64,000 nt of DNA from an uncultured Clostridia bacterium (GCA_947630065.1 CANRGE010000003.1:17792-81791); one strand, 5' to 3'. Shown: positions 33,760 to 45,209, numbered from the stretch's first letter. A program made the numbers and translations. The notes: generated from the letters alone by a model not told the origin.

Positions 33760-33797
33760 TATATAATAGGAAAGGTCTCGCGAAGCGAGATTTGTTC
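33760..33797 (-). repeat. 37-bp minimal form of the dispersed repeat (its two ends joined)
   Basis: TATATAATAGGAAAG directly fused to GTCTCGCGAAGCGAGATTTGTTC. These are the two termini of the 170-bp element with the interior absent. Confidence 0.7.
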
Positions 33798-33808
33798 GTT
33801 GAATTTTA

Positions 33809-34243
33809 TTATAATGTATCTATTGCATTTCTAGCCATCTCGTCACATCTATTATTGTATTCATTATCACTATGTCCTTTTACTTTTATAAATGTTACAT
33901 TATGTATTTTCGTTAATTCATACAATTCCTCCCATAGTTCTTTATTTTTCACCGGCTCATTGCTTGAATTTTTCCAATTTTTCTTAATCCATCCATAAAT
34001 CCATTTTTGTTCAAATGCATTAACTACATATGCACTATCACTATATAATTTTACATTGCATTTATATTTTAATAATTTTAGTGCTTCTATAACTGCTGTT
34101 AATTCCATTACATTATTTGTAGTATCTTTTTTTGCGCCAGAAATTTCTTTTTTGTTACCTTTATACATTAGAATACTTCCCCATCCACCTGGTCCTGGAT
34201 TTCCCGAACATGCACCATCTGTATATATTATTACATCTTCCAT
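33809..34243 (-). CDS. rnhA: ribonuclease HI
   Basis: [17 protein letters not shown]...[13 protein letters not shown]...[15 protein letters not shown]. Confidence 0.85.
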   Translation of the reverse strand: MEDVIIYTDGACSGNPGPGGWGSILMYKGNKKEISGAKKDTTNNVMELTAVIEALKLLKYKCNVKLYSDSAYVVNAFEQKWIYGWIKKNWKNSSNEPVKNKELWEELYELTKIHNVTFIKVKGHSDNEYNNRCDEMARNAIDTL

Positions 34244-34388
34244 AATTTTATATATTATAGTCTCCTTTCTTAATAAATCTTACTATAAATAAAATTTTAT
34301 TATTTTATGTAAAAAATATTTGTAATATATCTATTTTTATGATATTATATCAATAAATCATAATAAATTGCAATAAGGAGACTAATAT

Positions 34389-35624
34389 ATGAACAAAATT
34401 CTTGGTGTTATTGCTGAATACAACCCATTTCATAATGGACATTTGTATCATTTAACTGAATCAAAAAAATTTGTAGAAGCTGACTATACCGTTGGTGTTA
34501 TTAGTGGTAACTTTGTTCAACGTGGTGATACGTCTTTAGTTGATAAATGGTCAAAAGCAGAAATGGCTATTCGTAATGGTGTTGATTTAGTTATAGAACT
34601 TCCTACATTGTATAGTATATCTAGTGCAGAAAACTTTGCTGAAGGAAGTATTAAAATTTTAAATTCATTAAATATAGTAGATTGTGTTTCTTTTGGTTGT
34701 GAACTTGCTGATTTAAACATATTAAACGAATGTGCTAAAGTATTATATGAAGAACCAAAAGAATTTGTATCTCTTTTAAATCATGAATTAGGTAAAGGTT
34801 TTTCTTTTCCAAAAGCTCGTGAAAATGCTTTACTTATATATTTAAATGATATCCGAAAATATGCCAACGTACTTTCTAGTCCTAACAATATTTTAGCCAT
34901 AGAATATTTAAAAGCATTAATGAAGTATAATAGCCCTATTGCACCTATTGGAATAAAAAGAAATAAGACAAATTATGATAGTACCGAAATAGTTGACGGT
35001 TTTGCTAGTGCTACTGCCATTAGACAAATTGCTTGTACTAATGATGTTTGGAGTTTAAGAGAAGTTATGCCAAAATCTAGTTTTGATATAATGTATGACT
35101 GTTTAAAAGCCGGAAAAACTGTTAATAACTTAAATAAATTCGAACGCGAAATTATATATTTATTTAGAAGAATGACTCTTTTTGAGATAGCTCAATTGCC
35201 TGATGTCTCAGAAGGTTTAGAGTATGCAATAAAAAATGCAGCAAATTCTTGTAATACTATAGATGATTTTATTAATATTATAAAAAGTAAAAGATATACT
35301 ACAACAAGATTAAAGCGTATAATGGTTTATGCTTTATTAGGTATAACAGAAAAAGATTTACAGCTTTCTAGAAAAATTAGTCCATATATAAGAGTTCTTG
35401 GATTTAATGAAAAAGGAAAAGAACTATTATCTGGTATATCTAATGCTAATCCAAAACTTGAAATTGTTACATCAGTTAAAAAATTTATGGAATCTTCTGC
35501 GCCACGAAATTTAAAGACAATGTTACAAAAAGATATATTTGCAACAGATATTTATACTTTAGGTTACCAAGATGACTCTTGCTCAGGTTTAGATTATACT
35601 CATCCTATTGTAACAGTAGAATAA
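34389..35624 (+). CDS. tmcAL: tRNA(Met) cytidine acetate ligase (UPF0348/YlbM family)
   Basis: GVIAEYNPFHNGHLYHL HIGH-like motif and a length of 411 aa. Confidence 0.75.
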   Translation: MNKILGVIAEYNPFHNGHLYHLTESKKFVEADYTVGVISGNFVQRGDTSLVDKWSKAEMAIRNGVDLVIELPTLYSISSAENFAEGSIKILNSLNIVDCVSFGCELADLNILNECAKVLYEEPKEFVSLLNHELGKGFSFPKARENALLIYLNDIRKYANVLSSPNNILAIEYLKALMKYNSPIAPIGIKRNKTNYDSTEIVDGFASATAIRQIACTNDVWSLREVMPKSSFDIMYDCLKAGKTVNNLNKFEREIIYLFRRMTLFEIAQLPDVSEGLEYAIKNAANSCNTIDDFINIIKSKRYTTTRLKRIMVYALLGITEKDLQLSRKISPYIRVLGFNEKGKELLSGISNANPKLEIVTSVKKFMESSAPRNLKTMLQKDIFATDIYTLGYQDDSCSGLDYTHPIVTVE

Positions 35625-35851
35625 GCTTAAAATAAAACCAAATATAACTGAGGTAAGTCTCAGTTATATTTGGTTTTATTTTTTATTCTAACTGTTATTA
35701 ATAATAATAGCGTTATTCCTTTCTATATATCTTTATATTTTCCAGATTTTAATCCTATAATTATTATAAAAAATTACTCTAATAATATGACTTTATATTA
35801 TCACATTGTTTTTTCAAAATCAACATCTTTCAACATTATTCTTAATATTTT

Positions 35852-37132
35852 TCAATTTAGCGATTCATTATGGTCTAAATAATTTGCTGTTTTTTTCAAG
35901 TAAATTGCTGATATTATCAAGAAAAACATTAATATAGAAACAGATATTGCTAATATGTTTACATCATAGAAATAATTATATAATATATATATTAGGCTAT
36001 AACTAATTATCTGTCCTATTGTCATATACACATTATAGGCAAATATATGTTCTTTCTTATATTCTATTAAATCTTTTGTTTTTATTGCCGAATATACTAT
36101 GCTACATGATTCTGACTCAATTATAGTTCCTAAAGAGTTCATAAAAATATAGTATATTAGCAATGTAATAAAGCTTGAATCGTATACTACTAATAATGAG
36201 GATAGAAATATTATAACCGCTAAGTATGGGTAAAAATCTTTTTTTATCTTTTTATTATTTATTATTTTTAATATTTGTAATGATATTATTGAAAGTATTG
36301 CAAATGCTGAATTATATGTACCCAGATCCATTTCTGTTCCTAATCTTAAAAATAATATTATTGGTAATAATTCTGTTATAGCTCCTTGAGATGATATTCT
36401 TCTATAAAACATACATTTATAAATATCTTGTATATGTTTTTTGTCTTTAATTATTTTAAAAAACTTTCTCAATTCTAGCTTTTTGTCACTAACTGTAAAA
36501 TCTTTTATTTTAAATGATATTGCTATAATAATTAATGTTTCTAATATTAATAAAACAAATAGCGTATAGTAAGAGAATTTTTGTATTATAAAGCCCGAAA
36601 CAATAGGAGTTATTATTGTTGCTATGCTTGAAAGTATATTTATATTTGCTATAAAGCTACTCATAGTATCATTATTATTTGACCCAATTACTATTAATTC
36701 ATATGGCATTGAATAACATACTTCTGATAGTCTTTCTAATATTTTAAATAAGTAAATGTATTCAACTATATTTTCTTTAAATACTAACAATGCTAGTATA
36801 TTTAATATTAATAAAGGAAAACTCGCTTTATATATAGTTTTTGCATTTCTTGAGTTAATAAATTTTAAGATAACATAACAAATTATAAAATCTACAATTA
36901 CTCCAAATAATGTATATTTTATTATAAAACTCAAATCATTATTTACTATTTTTAATATATATATGTTAAAAAATAAGTTAAAGAAAATTCTTATAAGTTT
37001 TCTAAAGAATGATATTATTGCTATGTATCTTCTATTTCCTTGTTCCATTTTTCCTCCTATTTTATTGCTAATATTAAATGGATTATAACAATAGTTTTTA
37101 TATATTACAACAAAATAGTAATATTTTTTCAT
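35852..37132 (-). CDS. polytopic membrane protein, possibly an MFS-type transporter
   Basis: 426 aa with about 12 hydrophobic segments. Confidence 0.4.
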   Translation of the reverse strand: MKKYYYFVVIYKNYCYNPFNISNKIGGKMEQGNRRYIAIISFFRKLIRIFFNLFFNIYILKIVNNDLSFIIKYTLFGVIVDFIICYVILKFINSRNAKTIYKASFPLLILNILALLVFKENIVEYIYLFKILERLSEVCYSMPYELIVIGSNNNDTMSSFIANINILSSIATIITPIVSGFIIQKFSYYTLFVLLILETLIIIAISFKIKDFTVSDKKLELRKFFKIIKDKKHIQDIYKCMFYRRISSQGAITELLPIILFLRLGTEMDLGTYNSAFAILSIISLQILKIINNKKIKKDFYPYLAVIIFLSSLLVVYDSSFITLLIYYIFMNSLGTIIESESCSIVYSAIKTKDLIEYKKEHIFAYNVYMTIGQIISYSLIYILYNYFYDVNILAISVSILMFFLIISAIYLKKTANYLDHNESLN

Positions 37133-37707
37133 TTTATAAAATTTACATTATTATCAAATGTTTTTGTTATTAAATATCTCATTATAGCAGAATTAGACAT
37201 TCTATTATATCTATTTTGTAGAAGCTCTTTCGTAATATTATAGTCTTTTTGTGTACATAATATTTCATATTCGACTCCACTATCAACAATAAATTTATTG
37301 GTTTCATTAAATCCATTTCTTAGATAAAAATTTTTTCTATTTTTACTATTTTTTAATTCTTCTCTTGGTCTTTCGATACTTAAAATAATAATTTTATATT
37401 TTTCTATTAAATGTTTTAATACTTTAGAACCATATCCTTTATTTCTTTGTTTCTCATCTATTGCGAAATACATCAAATAAGTAATGTTGTCATAGTTAAT
37501 TAAATATTCCATTCCTATTACTTTATCATTATCTAATATTACATCAAACACCACATTTTCTTCTTTTGCACAATTCTTTAACATCCAAAATGGAAAACGT
37601 TCACTCTTTTGGAATGAGTTTATATATATTCTTTTAATATCGTCTTTATAATTACTTTGAAAATAATTCTCATATTTTAAATTCATTTTTACCTCACTAC
37701 AAATCAT
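37129..37707 (-). CDS. GNAT-family N-acetyltransferase
   Basis: QRNKGYGSKVLKHLIEKY...YLRNGF acetyl-CoA binding motif. Confidence 0.7.
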   Translation of the reverse strand: MICSEVKMNLKYENYFQSNYKDDIKRIYINSFQKSERFPFWMLKNCAKEENVVFDVILDNDKVIGMEYLINYDNITYLMYFAIDEKQRNKGYGSKVLKHLIEKYKIIILSIERPREELKNSKNRKNFYLRNGFNETNKFIVDSGVEYEILCTQKDYNITKELLQNRYNRMSNSAIMRYLITKTFDNNVNFIK

Positions 37708-37934
37708 TTAATTACATTGATAATTATAACAAACCTTATAAAATGTCCTAATAGTTTTATCGTCAATTAGAGAATATATATTTAATTGCTTATAAGATTT
37801 TATTGTAAAGTTATATCTTTTTAAATATATAGTTTTTGTAAACTTTTTAAAAATCACAAAATGCTGATGAAATCTATAATTGCATAAAACGTATTTATAA
37901 AAAATTTACTTTTTTCTATTAATTTACTTTTTCA

Positions 37935-38526
37935 TTATATCATTAACCTTTTTATAAGTTTATCTACATTAACTTTTTCAATATCTTTCAAATTTATAAC
38001 ATTTCCTAAGTTTATACTATTTGAAAGTAAATTATCATATTCCGATTTAAAAGTGTCATATTCATATTCAAAAAATGGTTTATATTCATTTCGTTTTTTA
38101 TAGTAATATGAGTTTAAGTAATGCGCTGGATGTCTTTCTTCTTTTATACTCTCTCTTTTTAGTAATCTATTCCAAATTGTTTCAAAATCTTTAGCAAATA
38201 TATTAATTGTATAAGTTTCATATTCGTACTTAGTTATTAAGTCTTTTAGAAAATCTTTCCATTCTATTTTAAATGGTTTCTCTAATATTATTATTTCATC
38301 TTCTCTTTGCATACACTCTTCTATTAATTTTTTATACATTTCTATTTTTAAATAGTCCAAATGCTTTTTTTTGTTTCTCATTTTTAAATCCTATAATATC
38401 ATATATCTTTTCGCTCAATTCATCATATGATAATAAAATACTATTTTCTAACTTTTTATATAAAGTTCTTGCAAGAGTAGTTTTTCCTGTACCACTAACA
38501 CCTGTTATTATAATTAATTTTTTCAT
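37935..38526 (-). pseudogene. P-loop AAA/kinase-family gene split by a frameshift at an A8 homopolymer
   Basis: The 64-aa N-terminal ORF (MKKLIIITGVSGTGKTTLARTL...) and the 148-aa ORF overlap at 38332-38381 in different frames. The T8 run at 38365-38372 is A8 on the coding strand. A7 would fuse them to ...FKNEKQKKHLDYLKIEMYKK... Confidence 0.55.
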
Positions 38527-39005
38527 CTAATCTTCCTCAAAACATTAATATTTATATCAATAATTATACTAGATTATTTTTAATTTAACAATAGCCTCCT
38601 CTATTTATGTTGTTGGTTAAAGTGATTAATGCGTTTCTAAGTGATGTCAATGCCATTCTATATGTAATACGGTAGTAACTTTATATAAATAAAGCTATCT
38701 AATTAAGATATATCAACAAATATATAAAATATAAATATAAAATATTTTTATAAATTGCCAGTATAAATAAAAAAATTCTTATAGAACTATAAAATCCTAT
38801 AAGAACATTCAGACTGGTGTCAATGACGTAGATATTTACAACTCGTTAGCTCTCCCTACGATTGATATAAAAATCAATCTATTTGCTAATAGTATATCAT
38901 ATTTTTTATAGATTGCAATAATTTAACAAAAAAATAATAAATAAAAATTTTTATAATTCTAATGTGAACAGTCCAACTCTGATAGAATTGGACTGTTCGT
39001 GTTTC

Positions 39006-39419
39006 TTAGAACATGGTGACTTCTACTCCAGCATCAACCATTTCGACCTTTATTGCGTCATCATTTGATACTATCAAGGAGTATCTTGACACCTTAAATG
39101 GGTATTTTGAAAAATACCAGGAACTATCCCAAGTAATAACTCCAATCTGTTCAAAAGGTTTACCAGGATGTCCAGCGTCTGATGGTGAATTCCAGTTCAT
39201 GAATTCAATCTCGTCTGTGGCTGCTAACCGCTCTAATTGTGCAATAAGCTGGTCAGGGATGTTCTGAAAGAAAACATTACAACCTCTTTCTCCAGTCTCT
39301 TTGGCGAAATCCTTTAAAGCTTCCTTTATTGGATTCCATACCTCTTTTCCGTCCCGTAGTAATGCACCATTTTTGGCTGCTTCGGCAGACAAATTGCATA
39401 ACTCTTTTTCAAAACTCAT
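39006..39419 (-). CDS. hypothetical protein (137 aa) on a GC-rich islet
   Basis: ORF with local GC near 40-45% against a background of about 25%. Flanked by 400-500 bp of gene-free AT-rich DNA and by the hairpin GAACAGTCCAACTCTGATAGAATTGGACTGTTC at 38963-38995. Confidence 0.5.
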   Translation of the reverse strand: MSFEKELCNLSAEAAKNGALLRDGKEVWNPIKEALKDFAKETGERGCNVFFQNIPDQLIAQLERLAATDEIEFMNWNSPSDAGHPGKPFEQIGVITWDSSWYFSKYPFKVSRYSLIVSNDDAIKVEMVDAGVEVTMF

Positions 39420-39937
39420 AATGTTACCTCCTAAAATATTATTGGAATATGGTTTATAGTTCCATTTTTTCTCTCTTCCCTATTTAGAATATAGAGAAAA
39501 AATATTGCTATGACTATGAGTACTCTATCATATTTATTTACATAAATCAATTCAAATATTAAATCTTTTCTATTTTTTTACTTTTTTCAATATTTTTATA
39601 TTATTAAAAAAATATAAAACTACTATATTTTGTTCTATGGTTTCTTTTTCATAAGTTTAACCATTGCAAACATTACAATATTATATTTTTCAAAGTTTAT
39701 AAGTGTAGTTTTATTTCTTGATCAACTTCTTTTAGCATAGTGTCAGACTTCTTATAATTTTCTTTAGTATTATATAAGACCTGACCATTTGCTTTGGCTC
39801 ATACATATTGCTAATCTTGATTTATCTTTTTTAGGACTTTGTCTTTTGTCATAATTCCTAACCCAGTACGAATTATTTAAGTACACTTTTTTATACAAAA
39901 ATGAGAAATCTCTTTTTATATAGATTTCTCAATAATT

Positions 39938-41035
39938 TTATTTTTTGTCTTCGTTATTGTCTTTTTCATGTTGTAAATTAAATATTGTTTTTTGGTTTTC
40001 TATTTCTGCTCTAAGTTCTTCTTCAGTTGGTAGATATAATTTATATTTTGAAGCAAATAGTTGCTCATTACCTTTTAAAATAGAATATTTTGCTATATCG
40101 CTATCAGTTTCTGAACATAATAAAATTCCAATTGTAGGATTATCTTCTTTAGATTTTTTTAGTTCATCATACATTCTCACATACATATCCATTTGACCTA
40201 TATCTTGATGTGTTACTTGAGTAGTTTTTAAATCTATCAATACAAAACATTTTAAAATATAGTTGTAAAACACTAAATCAATAAAGTAATCTCCCTTTTC
40301 TGTACGAATATGTTGTTGCCTTTCTACGAAAGCATAACCTTTTCCAAGTTCCATTAAAAATTTCTGTAAATTGTTTATTATGCTAGTTTCTAATTCTGTT
40401 TCAGTAAACTCACTATCTAATGAATATCCTAAAAATTCAGCTATTACTGGATTTTTTACAAATTCTAATTTGTTTAATAAATAGTGTTCTCTATTTTTTT
40501 CTTGCATTTCTTTAATTACAGGTTCTTTAACTTGTGATTTTAAAAGCCTATAATAATATTGTGAAGAAATATTTCTTTGCAAAGTTCTAGTACTCCACAT
40601 TTGGTCAAAAGCTTCTTTTTCATACCAATCTCTAGCTTGTTTATCAAAAACTTGTAATAATGTTCTATAATGTGTCCAAGACAACAACATTCCAGATTGT
40701 CGACTCAGTGCGTCGACAATTTGTGGAAAATTTTTGTAAAAACTTAAAAATCGATACAAATTACTTCTATCATAGCCTTTACCATATTCTTTTGTAAGCT
40801 CTTTAGATAATTTTTTTATTACTTCTATTCCGTAATCTGCTCTATCATTTCCTTTTAATTCTTCTTCAGCAATTCTATAACCAATAAGCCAATTTCTTTC
40901 TACTAATGCTATATTCACAGATTTATAAGCATAATCTCTTGCTGATTCAATAATAGAACATACATCTTCTAATACATTATCTGTTTTTTGATATTTGATA
41001 ATCATTGAATTATTGTTTGTTTTTTGTAAATCCAT
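39938..41035 (-). CDS. YhcG-family (DUF1016) PDDEXK nuclease-fold protein
   Basis: N-terminal DUF1016 region (ERNWLIGYRIAEEEL...YGKGYDRSNLYRFLSFY) and a C-terminal PD-(D/E)xK-like core (FIDLVFYNYILKCFVLIDLK). Confidence 0.7.
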   Translation of the reverse strand: MDLQKTNNNSMIIKYQKTDNVLEDVCSIIESARDYAYKSVNIALVERNWLIGYRIAEEELKGNDRADYGIEVIKKLSKELTKEYGKGYDRSNLYRFLSFYKNFPQIVDALSRQSGMLLSWTHYRTLLQVFDKQARDWYEKEAFDQMWSTRTLQRNISSQYYYRLLKSQVKEPVIKEMQEKNREHYLLNKLEFVKNPVIAEFLGYSLDSEFTETELETSIINNLQKFLMELGKGYAFVERQQHIRTEKGDYFIDLVFYNYILKCFVLIDLKTTQVTHQDIGQMDMYVRMYDELKKSKEDNPTIGILLCSETDSDIAKYSILKGNEQLFASKYKLYLPTEEELRAEIENQKTIFNLQHEKDNNEDKK

Positions 41036-41038
41036 TAT

Positions 41039-41584
41039 TTACCTACTTTCTTCTTTTAAATTAAACTTGTTTATCATTTCTTTAGTTGCAAAACCATTAT
41101 GTTCTTTTACTCTTTCTAAAAATACAATTCCATCTAAATGGTCACACTCGTGTTGTATATCTCTTGCAGTAAAACCTTTTACCTGTTTAATAATTTTCTC
41201 TCCTTTTTCATTATAATATGTTACTTCAATATTTGTATATCTTTCTACTTTTCCTCTTATTGAAGGAACACTTAAACAACCTTCAAATTCAATTTCTGTA
41301 TCTTCTAATATTTTTTTCCATGTTGGATTTATCATCACTGTAGTTGGTACTTCTTCACAATTTTTATATGTACATTTTTCTTTATCTACCTGAATAATTA
41401 CAATTCTTTTATTTATTCCTACTTGTGGTGCTGCAATTCCAAATCCATCTGTAAAATTTAATGTTTCTTTTAAATCATCAATTTCTTCTAATATTTCTTT
41501 ATTGATGTTTTTAATATCTACTTCTTGACATTTTATAGTTAAAATTGGATCTCCTACTTCTCTTACTTTCAAAACTTTACCCAT
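41039..41584 (-). CDS. def: peptide deformylase
   Basis: GIAAPQVG, EGCLSVP and HECDHLDG are the three PDF motifs. Confidence 0.9.
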   Translation of the reverse strand: MGKVLKVREVGDPILTIKCQEVDIKNINKEILEEIDDLKETLNFTDGFGIAAPQVGINKRIVIIQVDKEKCTYKNCEEVPTTVMINPTWKKILEDTEIEFEGCLSVPSIRGKVERYTNIEVTYYNEKGEKIIKQVKGFTARDIQHECDHLDGIVFLERVKEHNGFATKEMINKFNLKEESR

Positions 41585-41600
41585 TATTTAAACTTCTCCT

Positions 41601-41807
41601 TTAATTAACAAATAAGACACTTATTATATTTTTATATCTATCCTTTAATAGTTCTCTAGTTTTTTGACTTAATTTATTATAATCTCTTTCTAGTTTTTTT
41701 CTTACATATTTTATATGTTCATTCCAAAAGTCGTATCCATCTTTTTGTTTTGACCTTTCACATCTAATTAACAATTCTCGTTTTATTTTTTCAGTAATTA
41801 CACTCAT
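41601..41807 (-). CDS. hypothetical protein (68 aa)
   Basis: ORF only. Confidence 0.3.
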   Translation of the reverse strand: MSVITEKIKRELLIRCERSKQKDGYDFWNEHIKYVRKKLERDYNKLSQKTRELLKDRYKNIISVLFVN

Positions 41808-42294
41808 TATTTTCCTCCAAGCAATTTAAAGATAACAATATTATGTGTTGATTATATCAAAATTATTGATGCTTTTCAATTAAAAATTTGTACTTCCTTG
41901 ACATTTACATAAAATAAATGTATTTATAATACACTGAAAAATTAAATATAAATGACAAACATAAATTATTATCACAAGATTAGATAATTTATGAGCTTTC
42001 CGCTAGGAGCCCACGACATCTTTGCAAAACGTAGTTTTGAAAGTGTCATAGTGGGTTACATACTTTTGCGAAAAAGTTATGTAACAGCTATCTTCGTTCA
42101 CTTATTTGCTACCTACTGAAAGGCAACTATTTAAAAAAATGGCAAGAATATAGCAACGTAGCACTTCAATACTATAAAAAATGAATAATTAATAGTTGTT
42201 AATAGTATATAAGTGCTCTTATTTCCTATTTACAATTATTAATTATTCATTCTTACTATTCTCTTTTAACTGCGAATTGTTAAATTCGCACTTA

Positions 42295-42347
42295 TGGTGC
42301 GGATGAAGGGACTTGAACCCCCACGTCGTTGACACTGGTTCCTAAGA
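42295..42347 (-). repeat. distal att direct repeat (orphan 3' fragment of tRNA-Leu)
   Basis: Identical to the 3' 53 nt of the tRNA at 50222-50274. The sequence diverges right after CCTAAGA. Confidence 0.85.
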
Positions 42348-42557
42348 AATATTACGATTGTTGACATTTAAATTAAAACTAACTTTTTTGTTTAAGTAAT
42401 TGTTTGAGTAAAAAAAATTAGCAAAAATTAATATTAATTAAAAATGAACAAATTTTTGTTTTTATATTGATTTTTTATATTTTTTATTATATATTGTCTA
42501 CCATAGGAAATTGAGAATAAGCAGATGTGGTCTACCTCCACTAAGGAGGTGATGCGT

Positions 42558-42680
42558 ATGATAGAAATACAAATATTAATTGCAACAATATACATATTAT
42601 ATTATTCATTAATTGGAATAACTATCATTACGTTTGCCTTAATTATTGCAATAGTAATAATTATTAGCAAACAAAAATAG
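42558..42680 (+). CDS. candidate type I toxin-like small hydrophobic peptide (40 aa)
   Basis: AAGGAGGTG SD 8 nt upstream. The peptide is MIEIQILIATIYILYYSLIGITIITFALIIAIVIIISKQK. Downstream are the hairpins ATAGACACATC...GATGTGTCTAT at 42688-42728 and AAACCACGTTTGTGGTTT. Confidence 0.4.
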   Translation: MIEIQILIATIYILYYSLIGITIITFALIIAIVIIISKQK

Positions 42681-43039
42681 CAAAAAAATAGACACATCTG
42701 TAAACTTACCTGGTTTGATGTGTCTATCAAACAATTTAGGTAAACCACGTTTGTGGTTTCTCTATTTCCTATTTTTATTTTACTATGATATTTTGCAAAT
42801 GTCAAATATAATTGACTAAAATTAGAACAATTTAATTAAAAAGCACTTGTTCAAACATACATAGCTTTTGTGAGCTTTGATTAGACGAAGTCTAGCTAAG
42901 CTAACAAAAGCCATAGAAAAATATGAGCCAGTTGGCGAACATTTTTCTATGTAATGAAAGATATTGAATTATATTTTGCGTTAGCAAAATTAATTGAATA
43001 TCTTTCACACAAAAGGATTATTAAGGAAAACTTTAGTTG

Positions 43040-43090
43040 TCCTTAATCACATGGAACTTGCTTGCAAGTTCTAGTGTGTTAGAACTTCAA
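43040..43090 (+). promoter_or_regulatory. oriT of the MobV relaxase (pMV158-like)
   Basis: Overlapping inverted repeats GAACTTGCTTGCAAGTTC and GTTCTAGTGTGTTAGAAC containing TAGTGTG/TTA, about 100 bp upstream of mob. The pMV158 nic sequence is GTGTG/TT. The predicted nick lies between 43078 and 43079. Confidence 0.5.
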
Positions 43091-43176
43091 AAAAGTTTAT
43101 TTAAGAAAAATCAAAAGGGGTATTTATTTTTTAGTAAGCCTACAAAGGCTATCTTATAAAAAAGGAATATTTAAAA

Positions 43177-44127
43177 ATGAGCTATGCTATTATTAGAAAT
43201 GCAAATTATAAAAAAGATAATTTAGCAGGACTATATAAACATAACGAAAGAAAAAATACTAATTATTCTAATAAAGATATTAATAAAAATAATTCGATAA
43301 ATAATTATTCAATTAAACAATGTAATACCACATATTCAAAAGCTATTAAAAATTTAATTAATGAAAATAATTTAAAATGTAGAATAACAAGTTATACTAA
43401 TGTTGCTTGTGAATTTATTATTACATCTAATAGAGAATTCTTTGAAAAAATTGGAACAGAAGAAACAAAACGTTATTTTAAAACAGCTTATGATTTTGTT
43501 GCTAACTATAAAAATTTAGGAGAAAAATACATATTATCTGCAAAAGTACATATGGATGAAAGTACTCCCCATTTACATTTAGTTTTCGTTCCAGTAATGC
43601 ATACAAAAGACAAAACTGGTAAAGAAATAACTAAAATTGCTTGTAGTGAATATTGGAAAGGCAAAGACAGTTACAGAGCATTACAAGATAATTTTTATAA
43701 ATATGTTACTGAAAACGGTTTTGATTTACAACGCGGTAAATCAACAAGTGTTGAACATTTATCTACCGAAAAATTAAAACAAATAACAAATTATGATAAT
43801 ATAAAATATGAAATTACTAACGAAACAATACAACCCTTAGAAACTAAAAATACAAGCTTAATATTAGCACAAAATAAAAGTTTAATAGAATATACAAATA
43901 AATTAAAAATGCAACTAGCAAAATCTTATTCTGCTATTGAAAAAGTATCTAAATTGCAAAATGAAAATACTAGATTAATACAAGAAAATAATGATTTAAA
44001 GCAAGAAAATTATAAATTAAAAGACTATATATCAAAAACATTTGAAGTAGTAAAGCATTTATTTGATTTTCCTATTGATAGGTTTAAAAGAATTGTAGAT
44101 AATTTTGTAAAAAATATGGAAAAATAA
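43177..44127 (+). CDS. mob: MobV-family (Mob_Pre) mobilization relaxase
   Basis: MobM-like N-terminus MSYAIIRNANYKKDNLAGLYKHNERKN...NKDIN, an HxH motif (HLHLVFVPV) and a C-terminal coiled coil. Confidence 0.8.
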   Translation: MSYAIIRNANYKKDNLAGLYKHNERKNTNYSNKDINKNNSINNYSIKQCNTTYSKAIKNLINENNLKCRITSYTNVACEFIITSNREFFEKIGTEETKRYFKTAYDFVANYKNLGEKYILSAKVHMDESTPHLHLVFVPVMHTKDKTGKEITKIACSEYWKGKDSYRALQDNFYKYVTENGFDLQRGKSTSVEHLSTEKLKQITNYDNIKYEITNETIQPLETKNTSLILAQNKSLIEYTNKLKMQLAKSYSAIEKVSKLQNENTRLIQENNDLKQENYKLKDYISKTFEVVKHLFDFPIDRFKRIVDNFVKNMEK

Positions 44128-44240
44128 ATATAGCACATATAAGAATTATATTATATTCTTATATGTGCTTATTGTTACTGTTTTTCTTCCATTTTATATA
44201 TTGCTTGCTATTGTTATTCTTTAATAAATAGAATTTATCA

Positions 44241-45209
<969 letters not shown>

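Noticed and set aside
42000-42290. A moderately GC-richer noncoding stretch upstream of the att repeat (GAGCTTTCCGCTAGGAGCCCACGAC...), a possible RNA gene or remnant of an earlier element
   Set aside because: There is no recognisable RNA family, ORF or repeat structure beyond small hairpins (GTTACATA...TATGTAAC, GCGAATT...AATTCGC). It is kept only as context for the insertion site.
42602-42805. A 67-aa minus-strand ORF overlapping the small hydrophobic peptide gene
   Set aside because: No SD, hydrophobic mirror-frame artefact. The plus-strand 40-aa ORF has a perfect SD and terminator hairpins. The minus strand could still encode an antisense RNA.
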